Assembly: GCF_002113885.1 (NCBI RefSeq)
Contig: NW_018408315.1
Location: 130,117 to 194,116 of the forward strand
DNA from: Mizuhopecten yessoensis
Lineage: Eukaryota
Length of the DNA: 64,000 nucleotides
Direction of reading: 5' to 3'
The stretch's first letter is position 1; each line of letters opens with the position of its first letter. Of this stretch, positions 11,601 to 23,600 are shown one piece after another. The notes below the pieces were generated by a model that did not search any database, was not told where the DNA came from, and saw nothing but the letters and a program-made list of their open reading frames with translations. Both the position numbers and the translations under genes were made by a program.

Positions 11601-14600
11601 TGTACCCAATAAAGCCTGGCACCTACCAACATACAAGAATATAGTATTACAACTGCATGTACCCAATAAAGCCTGGCACCTACAAACCTACAAGAATATA
11701 GTATTACAACTACATGTACACAATAAAGCCTGGCACCTACAAACATACAATAATATAGTATAGTATTACAACTACATGTACCCAACAAAGCCTGGAACCT
11801 ACCAACATACAAGAATATAGTATTACAACTGCATGTACCCAATAAAGCCTGGCACCTACAAACCTACAAGAATATAGTATTACAACTACATGTACCTAAT
11901 AAAGTCTTGCACCTACCAACATACAAGAATATAGTATTACAACTACATGTACCCAATAAAGCCTGGCACCTACAAACATACAAAAATATAGTATTACAAC
12001 TACATGTACCCAATAAAGTCTTGCACCTACCAACATACAAGAATATAGTATTACAACTACATGGTTGTACAAAACGAAGTTTCATGCCTACCAAAATACA
12101 GCAGTAGTGTTACAACTGAAGGCATGCATCAAGCAAAATCTTGCACCTATATCAAATTTCACTGATTATCAAATAAGTTGATTTTAGGAAAACTACAGTA
12201 AGTGAATTTTAGAATAATTTTACCATCAATAACATATATTAGAACTAATTTTCACCCTACAACGTATTTTAAATTTGTTGGTTTCAGGACAACCACATTA
12301 ACTAATTGTTATGCACGCATTTAAGAGCAGGGTTTTATTTTATGACCTGCCTATGTAACATATTACACACCATTTCACTTACCTGGTACATGTATATAAT
12401 CTGTGAATATACTCTTTGAAAATGAACCTGCCATATATTTCTACCTTAAACAAATTTAATACTCATGTAAACTAATAAATTCCAAACCTACGGAATCCTT
12501 GGTGTTGATGCTCCATCCTTTATCAAGTTGTTAAATTTAATACTCTTCAAAACTATATGCACCAAGTATATACCATAATGAATGTCAAATGGCAACTGAC
12601 ATTTGTACATGCTAGAAAATGTGATTTTTAAAATATTTGTAAACTATAGTAAGCTGTATGACTAAATCCTGGTAAAGATTGTCTAATCATCACATTTCCA
12701 AGGGAGCTAACTCTTCTAACTTTAGGATACTGAATTATCGTGAAAGAACACAATAACAAACTTGACATTCTTGTCTTTGAGTGCATCAGTAACGTTTGTG
12801 CTCTACCTGGAGATAACAGAGGAAGAAGTTGTATGAAAGTTCCGATCCATTTATAGCCCATATCAAACTTGATGCAGGAAAACTGATTTATTTGTACACA
12901 TTATGATATACATATATGTATTTTTGGAGAAAAAAATTATACTGTTTTTCAGAACAAAGGTTGAGTGTACCCTTATATTTAACCATGGAATGAGACAATG
13001 GTTAATTCTCTGTTGTTGATTGTGTAATTTTGGGTTTAAAAAAGCAGATCAATATACTGGACAAAATCATAATGCAAATTAACTTTTATTTGATAATATG
13101 GAAAGAGTTATATTGTCCATCTATTTACAATGTGTGTAGTTCATTTTAATGGAGAATCATACTTAAATTATCATAAGGAAGCAAAACTTAATCTATACCT
13201 TTAAGGAAACACAGTCCCAGGTACTGGTAAACAATTTTATACATTTCCTGATCGAATCAAATGTTAGTGCTGTTTATTCATTTCCTTAAATAAATTTCAT
13301 ATTTTAACTAAAAAACAATTATATCTTTATATGGGAGATGATAATTTCTACCAATAAATTTCAGACCTAAACTGCAGGTCTGTTGGATTTAGGAAAAAAG
13401 TCTATTTTTTACTGATCAACAGACCAAACTAAGAATGTAAAAAACCTTTTATCAAGAATTTATTAAAAAACACTTGTGATGGATTTTTCATGCAAAATTT
13501 CACCTACCGGTACTATATCCACTATGAAATCATTCTATGTCATATATTTCCTTACATTTTTATTTTACTACCTCGCATACAAATGTACCATACTAATGTC
13601 CTAACAAATGATCAGAAATACTGGATATGGACCGTTGCTTAAGAGTCGATAACTTTAGTTATTCTTTTAAAGGAAAGGTGATCTTTGAGATGCCAAAAAT
13701 TGAACTCACATAGAAAAAGATGTTTATGAACCTGTGTTTAAAATTTCAAGACAATCTGATAAGAAATGAAGTCTGTATATTAAGACAGAAACACCATATA
13801 TCTACATAGGGTTTGTACTGTACTCCATTTAACTGGTTCTTTCTGAACTCCTTTTGGTAGTATTGTCAAACCTGTAGTAAGAGACCACCCTAAGGAAGTC
13901 AAAAACACAGGTGGTCTCTTAACAGAGGTGGTCTCTTAACAGAGGTGGTCTCTTAACAGAGGTGGTCACGTGAGCATTTTTTACTGTATCTTTCTCTCAC
14001 AGGTAAGCTTGTTGCTGTAATGATGTGACCGAGTGAGGAGTCATGTTACTCTCACTTTAATATAGCCGTTAATCATCCCCATTGTCTCATGAAACTGTTG
14101 TCAACTGACGGTAACTTTTGAAAGGCCTCGTCATCTACCCATATCATCCTCGTATGACCTTAGTTGTTTGTGGACGCCCAATTTGACATCATCTTCATAA
14201 TTAGCTGTTGGGTGGCTCATATCTGTGGACACTAATGTCATCACATAACCCTTGCTGTTTGGTGGCCCATATTTGTGGACACTGGTTGTCATGTAACCCT
14301 AGTTGTTGGGTGGCTCATATCTGTGGACATTTGTCATCATGTAACTCTTGCTGTAGGGTGGTCCATATTTGTGGACACTGGTTGTCATGTAACCCTTGTT
14401 GTTGGGTGGCTCATATCTGTGGACACTTGTCATCACATAACCCTAGCTGTAGGGTGGCCCATATTTGTGGACACTGGTTGTCATGTAACCCTAGTTGTTG
14501 GGTGGCCCATATATGTGGACACTTGTCATCACATAACCCTAGCTGTAGGGTTGCGCATATTTGTGGACACTGGTTGTCATGTAAGCCTAGTTGTTGGGTG

Positions 14601-17600
14601 GCCCATATCTGTGGACACTTTCATCATGTAACCCTAGCTATTGGGTGGCCCATATTTGTGGACACTGGTTGTCATGTAACCCTAGTTGTTGGGTGGCCCA
14701 TATCTGTTGACACTTGTCGTCATGTAACCCTAGCTGTTGGGTGGCTCATATCTGTGGACACTTGTCGTCATGTAACCCTAGTTATTGAGTGGCCCGTATC
14801 TGTGGACACTGGTCGTCATGTAACCCTAGTTATTGGGTGGTTCATATCTGTGGACACTGGTTGTCATGTAACCCTAGTTATTGGGTGGCCCATATCTGTG
14901 GACACTTGTCGTCATGTAACCCTTGTTATTAGGTGGCCCATATATCTGTGGACACTTGTCGTCATGTAACCCTAGTTATTGAGTGGCCCATAACTGTGGA
15001 CACTGGTTGTCATGTAACCCTAGTTATTGGGTGGCCCATATCTGTGGACACTTGTCGTCATGTAACCCTAGTTATTGGGTGGTCCATATCTGTGGACACT
15101 GGTCATCATGTAACCCTAGTTATTGTGTCGTCCATATCTGTGGACACTTGTCGTCATGTAACCCTAGTTATTGTGTGGTCCATATCCGTGGACACTTGTC
15201 GTCATGAAACCCTAGTTATTGGGTGGTCCATATCTGTGGACACTTGTCGTCATGTAATCCTAGGTATTGGGTGGCCCATATCTGTGGACACTTGTCGTCA
15301 TGTAACCCTAGTTATTGGGTGGCCCATATCTGTGGACACTGGTTGTCATGTAACCCTAGCTGTTGGGTGGTCCATATCTGTGGACACTTGTTGTCATGTA
15401 ATCCTAGGTATTGGGTGGCCCATATCTGTGGACACTTGTCGTCATGTAACCCTAGTTATTGGGTGGCCCATTTCTGTGGACACTGGTTGTCATGTAACCC
15501 TAGCTGTTGGGTGGTCCATATCTGTGGACACTGGTCGTCATGTAACCCTAGTTATTGTGTGGTCCTTATCTGTGGACACTTGTCGTCATGTAACCCTAGT
15601 TATTGTGTGGTCCATATCTGTGGACACTTGTTGTCATGTAACCCTAGTTATTGGGTGGTCCATATCTTTGGACATTTGTTGTCATGTAACCCTAGTTATT
15701 GGGTGGGCCATATCTGTGGACACTTGTCGTCATGTAACCCTTGTTATTGGGTGGTCCATATCTGTGGACACTTGTCGTCATGTAACCCTAGTTATTGGGT
15801 GGCCCATATTTGTGGACACTTGTCGTCATGTTACCCTAGTTATTGAGTGGCCCATATCTGTGGACACTTGTCGTCATGTAACCCTAGTTATTGGGTGGTC
15901 CATATCTGTGGACACTTGTCGTCATGTAACCCTAGTTATTTGGTGGCCCATATCTGTGGACACTTGTCGTCATGTAACCCTTGTTATTGGGTGGTCCATA
16001 TCTGTGGACACTTGTCGTCATGTAACCCTAGTTATTGGGTGGCCCATATCTGTGGACACTTGTCGTCATGTAACCCTAGTTATTGGGTGGTCCATATCTG
16101 TGGACACTTGTCGTCATGTAACCCTAGTTATTGGGTGGTCCATATCTGTGGACACTTGTCGTCATGTAACCCTAGTTATTGGGTGGCCCATATCTGTGGA
16201 CACTTGTCGTCATGTAACCCTAGTTATTGGGTGGTCCATATCTGTGGACACTTGTCGTCATGTAACCCTAGTTATTGGGTGGTCCATATCTGTGGACACT
16301 TGTCGTCATGTAACCCTAGCTGTTGGGTGGTCCATATCTGTGGACACTGCATAGTCGTCATGTAACCCAGCTATTGGGTGGCCCATATATGTGGACACTG
16401 CATGGTTGTCATGTAACCCTAGCTGTTGGGTGGTCCATATTTGTGGACACTTGTCGTCATGTAACCCCGCTGTTGGGTGGCCTTATCATTAAAAACCATG
16501 TTGGAATATGACAATAGTTTTTGTGTTGCCATTTCAGCCATTGATTATATGACCTCAGCATCATGCATTTCCATATGACCTTATAGCTGATATGTGGCTT
16601 TATTGTATTTCAACATCATCATTTTGGCTTAGCTGGTAATTATTGTAAAGATTTACAACTTCTAGCTGTTAAAGCATTAAAAGTTCATATAAATCTAATA
16701 CATATTGACAGTAAAGATACTTATACTATAAATGATACTGCAATGTGTAGATTTCAGATATGTTCGCGGAATGACTTGCAGGTATTTTAGTTTTTAAACT
16801 TCGACAGTCCAAACGAACGCCCCTCAGAAATTTCTAGTGACAAATAAGTTAAAATATATAGATGCTATATATCACTGTACCATATGTTATATATGTTAAC
16901 TACCTTTATTGATTTGAGATTGTCATCTGTAGTACACGTATCATACATCTATAAATCTACAGTCGTATATCCTCGATCAACGCCACCATCTGTTACATCC
17001 ATCGCTGGCAATACTGTATAATACTCAGACAAAAAGGCTGTGACTTAGAAATCAATGAAATAGACTAGGTATGCAGACTTAAAGGGACATCACGTGAAAA
17101 GGCGTTTTTTTTTTAATGAATGTATGATTGTATGCACTTCCACTTATGTTACCTCGCTATCCCCATATCCATAGTCCGTTCCAAATGTCCAGTTTGACCA
17201 CTTGAATTGTTCGGGAAAGCCCTGCTAAAAATAGTGCCGATAACGTCACCTGACTAGGCAGTAAACACAAGTGGTGCGAGCGCGATGAAACGGTTTCCAA
17301 AGGGGCCCCCAGAGAGGGGCCGTAAGGCAACTGCAACTTCTTACCGCCCTATGAAACCAAGTTATATGATTTCTAAGTCCGTATTCAAACTTATTGAACA
17401 GTAAATATTCATCATTAGAAGTTAATTGCACACTTGCCAATATTTAGAATTTAAATTTATTTAGCTTTAAACATAAATTTGTTGCCAATAAAATTAAACA
17501 AGGGATGGGGCACAAGTTTTAACAATTTATCACAGTCTTCTCCCGTCATACATTTACAATTAAATGTCAACAATGATAATAGGCATAAACATAAAGTAGA

Positions 17601-20600
17601 TATATTTAAATATATATTGAATTTAGTACCGGAATGTGGCCGGTACAGATGGTAGGGGGCTAAACACCTTCCCTACACCAAGGGACAAACCTTTCTGATT
17701 TTTTTTTATATATTGCCGGGGCAGAGGAGGCCGGGTATTCATATTAGTACTAATTTAAATCTTGCATGTAAAAACAAAAATAATCGTTTAATTCAGCAAT
17801 ATAATTAAATCATACCATTTTATTGAACCCGGTAATATTATAAATTATGTAAATCCACGGACTTCGATAACACGTATCTCGGTGACCCAGAAAATACGCC
17901 GTGGGCCATCACAACAGTTATCCCTTGGAGGGCCTCATGGAAAAATCAAACTAACCAGTCACTTATCCCTTCCTTTCGCATAAACCACTGTATAATTATA
18001 GAAACACAAAGTAAACTCTCTCCAATACATGCCCATTAACATATTAAACTAAGTTCATCTGTGTTCAAACTCAGACAAAGATACTAGCGAGCTTAATAGT
18101 TTTAGATATTTATTCATAACATAAACAGCGCTAGCATTTCTGTCGATTCCATTTCAGCTTAACCGGCTATCCGGAAGAATACATGCACCGTACTAACTGC
18201 TACGGCAGTTATTTTCTCCTTTGAATACTGCCCACCTGCAATAATGATTCCGTAACGTACTCCTTGCGCTATCTTTTGACCATTTGGCAACTTTTCGTTT
18301 CGTATCTGACACGGTACAACACTTTTCTTTTGCTTACTTCACAAGGCCAGTCATTTTGTTTACAAAGAAATGGTGTGCTATGCGCTAGTAAAGGGAAATC
18401 CCTGAACAAAACGTTGGTCAGACAGGTAGAAATACCGATGATTTTCTTAGATTTAATCATTTTTATGAATCTATTTCAGCCAAATCCGATCGTTATTTTC
18501 CATAAGGAGTCTCACTTGATATGTTTATGTAGTATTTGAAAAAAAGACAAAAAATAAAGTTACTTCACCGTGATGCCCCTTTAAACCATGTTCATACTGC
18601 TAGTGTATATTGTCAAATCAATAGTAATTGGCAGTGTTGTTACTGAGGTAAATACAAATAAGTCAAAACTATTAAAATATTCTTTGGAATACAAGTGTCT
18701 TCACAGTTAGGTCAGTCCTCTTTTGTTGTAAATCACTTCAAACTTCTTACTCACGACTGTTTGATTTCACAATATGAAATGACGTCACATGGCATGACAT
18801 CACAATTGTTAGCTATGTCACACTTGAATCATGTCTTGTACATCAAGTTTTCTCCTGGTCATAGAACGTAAATCAGGTGTTATAGGTACAGATAATTAAA
18901 ACGGCTACTTCTTTACAGACTATGGGAGAAGTGAAACACATCTTAATCGTGAGATTCTGATTTATAGCAACACTATCTTGTAGAGTAAAACCACGGACTT
19001 AGATAACCTGATTCCGTGGTAAAACTGGTACATACTGTGTATCAAGTTTATTTCAAGTTTTATATTTGTTGTATTAACATGTGATGTAAATATACAACAG
19101 ATAGTTGTATCATTATGTGATACTGAATTCACAGTGCCATTCCATAATTATCTGGAAACGTTAATGTAAAATTATAGAGTTTTAGATACAGTATCTCAAA
19201 TATCCTACACTCTAACGGTTTTAACATCTATGTATCCTACACTCTATCAGTTTTAACCTCTATGTATCCTAACATCTATGTATCCTACACTCTAACGGTT
19301 TTAACACCTATGTATCCTACACTCTAACGGTTTTAACATCTATGTGTCCTACACTCTAACGGTTTTAACATCTATGTATCCTCCACTCTAACAGTTTTAA
19401 CATCTATGTATCCTACATTGTAACGGTTTTAACGTCTATGTATCCTACACTCTAACGGTTTTAACATCTCTGTATCCTACACTCTAACGGTTTTAACATC
19501 TATGTATCCTCCACTCTAACAGTTTTAACATCTATGTATCCTACATTGTCACGGTTTTAACATCTATGTATCCTACACTCTAACGGTTTTAACATCTATG
19601 TGTCCTACACTCTAACGGTTTTAACATCTATGTATCCTCCACTCTAACAGTTTTAACATCTATGTATCCTACATTGTCACGGTTTTAACATCTATGTATC
19701 CTACACTCTAACTGTTTTAACATCTATGTATCCTACACTCTAACGGATTTAACATCTATGTATCCTACACTGCATCCTACACTCTAACGGTTTTAACATC
19801 TATGTATCCTAACATCTATGTATCCTACACTCTAACGGTTTTAACACCTATGTATCCTACACTCTAACGGTTTTAACATCTATGTGTCCTACACTCTAAC
19901 GGTTTTAACATCTATGTATCCTAACATCTATGTATCCTACACTCTAACGGTTTTAACATCTATGTGTCCTACACTCTAACGGTTTTAACATCTATGTATC
20001 CTCCACTCTAACAGTTTTAACATCTATGTATCCTACACTCTAACGGTTTTAACATCTATGTGTCCTACACTCTAACGGTTTTAACATCTATGTATCCTCC
20101 ACTCTAACAGTTTTAACATCTATGTATCCTACATTGTAACGGTTTCAACATCTATGTATCCTACACTCTAACGGTTTTAACACCTATGTATCCTACACTC
20201 TAACGGTTTTAACATCTCTGTATCCTACACTCTAACGGTTTTAACATCTATGTGTCCTACACTCTAACGGTTTTAACATCTATGTATCCTCCACTCTAAC
20301 AGTTTTAACATCTATGTATCCTACACTCTAACGGTTTTAACACCTATGTATCCTACACTCTAACGGTTTTAACATCTATGTGTCCTACACTCTAACGGTT
20401 TTAACATCTATGTATCCTCCACTCTAACAGTTTTAACATCTATGTATCCTACATTGTAACGGTTTTAACATCTATGTATCCTACACTCTAACGGTTTTAA
20501 CATCTATGGTGACGTCAAGAAAGAACGAAATGATGATGCCACAAATTCAGGTAAAAGCAAAACTGGTTGAGTGATCCTTTGATCATTTTTCCAGTCTTGA

Positions 20601-23600
20601 TATTCAAAACTATACAATAGCTTGTCAATGCATTTGAGTTTACCATAGGATGAAAAGAACCTCAAACTTCTGTCCCCAATAACTGAAGGTGACATTTCAT
20701 AAAAATACAATATGTAATGGGATCTTGTTTGAAATCCTATGTATATTATGGAAATGACTCAGCAAGCTGTTTCAAATAACAAACTTTACACACATGACAT
20801 ACTTATTATATCAACCTAGCTGTACATTAAATTTTTGCTTCATTTTGAGATCAGTACGATTAAATAAATGATACATCAGAAAATACCTGTTAGTCACACT
20901 ACCTGATCAACTATATATATAGGTATTTTCCCATTTGCTTAAACATCTGTGTACAGATGAGATTTTCTATGTAGATATATAGGCCTAATTATCATATGTG
21001 TGTACTGATCGAGACAGACGGCTGAACCTACTAGGTAAATACAGTGTATGCATGACAGAAAATATTCATGTACAAATTATAAGCTATTTAAATCAGTGAG
21101 GATGGTACGTAAGGCGAGGTCAGAAAATCTGCCCACACATAGATTTCTCTTTTGATATTGCTAACATATATACCTGTACATGTGTTATGTCATATATAAA
21201 CGTTATATATACCTATGTATGTGGACATAAGTTTTATAGTCCTATAATTCGTACAGCATTTACAACAGAAAATATGACTGTGAAGACATTTGTATTCCAT
21301 CGTATTTTCTGTTGAATTATTTGTATTTACCTCAGTAACAACACTGCCATTTAAAATTGATATGACGATATAAAAATGCAACCCGATAGATTGATATAAA
21401 AAAAGTGCCATCACGACATGTATAATGTACAGGTGTGTATAACATATGTATGCTGGTACATATGGTACAGGGTAGTAGATGTCGCCCCTTATCTGTTAGT
21501 ATCTACAGCTTTCCAACACTTCTACAGTACTATTGATTCCAGACAAGTCAAAATGGAATATAACACCATAGTGAAAGCAGTGTTCATCATGCTATGAATG
21601 CATCATGCCAATTTGACAGAAGTATTTAACCTTTAGCTGCTGACTTTAACACTGAAGTGATCACTGAAACTTGACATACTTACGAGATAATTAAAATCTT
21701 TTAAGAGCATATGAAACAAACATATAAAATAAATTTCAGTGGAAACATGAAATGGAACTATATTGGTACCTTGTATTCATAAATGTCAATTATATTGAGA
21801 CACTGTTTAGGGAACCAGTACATCTAGTTGGCCCTGATGTTGGGTGTCAAACCCACGTTCACCACATCAATGGGTTTCAGATGCTGAGAAATGCTCCAAA
21901 TCTAAACCACACGGCAGAGCATGCTAGCTGTGATAAAGATACTGACCCTATATTTCATAGCAGTTCATTATCAGTGATAACGGAGATAAGAATTATCTAA
22001 CCATGAATGAATTGAGCAGTTATCTATATTTTATTCAGTTAACATACAAAATACATGTAACAGCAAAAATGATCAACCTATCTATTGCAAATAAGAATAA
22101 TACAATGAGTAGCAGAAAAAGATTTTTGTATTGTAAGTCTCTGGAGGATTTGACATACTGCATAGAGTATTTATTTCTATAAAGTTCTACATCTGTACAA
22201 TGACATATCCTGAACACACACACAACTTCTCACCACAGGAATAACAATTCTCATATTACTATAATTACAGTAAATTACACCCACAACCCTCCAACACTCA
22301 CAATCCTCCAACACCCACAACTCTCCAACACTCATAACCCTCCAGCACCCACAACACTCATGACCAGTACACACATTTTATGTAAATTACTTTCATATAC
22401 TACATGCACCTTAATGTTTTCCACACTTAAAGCTGCACCTTCTTTTCCAACACGTTTTTTCCTCAGTTTGTAATTTTTAGCCAAGATATGTTTCAACTAT
22501 AGATCAAAAGATGTTTGTGTAGAGGTATTGGGTATCCTTAAGAAAAAAATACTTTCCACAAAATGTAATTTAATACATATGCAATGCTTTTCTTTCAATG
22601 ATATGGCAATCTTCCATAACATTCAATAATTTCTATAGAACTTTTTTTGAAAACCAAAGTATTGCTGTGTACATGCATGTGCCTATTGTTCATTTAGGCC
22701 CTTCAGTAAATATCAACCTTTTCACATTATTACTGTGACTGCATTTTGTCCAATAGATCTAGTAAAAAGCAAACCAATTAAGTTCCATGTTAAATCCTAA
22801 TACTTATTTGATGATGATGTTGGAACTACAGTAAATCCTATATCCTGACCTAAACGAAAGCACCGACACCAATTTTCCCCAATATCACTCTAGGTTTTCT
22901 CACTTCCAACTCATTGGATAAACCTGCTAGGAGTTGGTTAACGTTTTTGGGTACCCACTAGTGGGTAACACACTGGACATGATGTTATCTGTCAAACTTA
23001 AAATTATCATGTCAAGTAAATAATAATGCTTTGTAACGTCATTTCCCGTTGTGACATCATAATTCATGGCAAATGTGTCCCCAATCGGAAAAAGGAATGA
23101 TTTATTTTCACTGGAGAAACATGGTTTTCTAGATATAATATCTAAACAATGATGGTTGATTATCATGTTTATTTAACTCACATTGGTTAATTTTCAAAGT
23201 TAAAGACACTTGGTAAACTTGTGTCAATATACAATTTGAAAATTAACAACTTATTCAAGTAAGTTAAACGTGACAACCAACCATCAATTGTTTGGGAACC
23301 TCTATATAACCATTCCAAATTAATGTCACATTATTTCTCCATTTACCTGATTTGTTTATATTTCAGGATATAATTTATGCGTAAGTATATTCTAGCTGTT
23401 TCATATTACAGGTATTTTTACTGTTTTGAGTGGATCTTTTAAGGGGTTCAATGTATACCTGTGAAAGAAATACTGTAATTTATACTTGTATTCAACACTT
23501 TATAAGCGCAGTATCAGTAGAAATTCTGCTATAACCTGCACAGCTGTAATACCGGGTAAACTAGATAAGGTAATGTTTTTGATTTTACACAAATATCACC

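Noticed and set aside
14208-16365. Long Cys/His-rich and Val-rich repeat ORFs (up to 473 aa) resembling metal-binding proteins
   Set aside because: A 48-bp unit is divisible by 3 and stop-free in two frames; variation is not codon-biased and the array is intronic and antisense to OXCT1.
19200-20507. GTATCCT and CTAAC motifs in each 32-bp unit resembling splice signals
   Set aside because: They are on the plus strand, antisense to OXCT1, and do not match the full U12 consensus.
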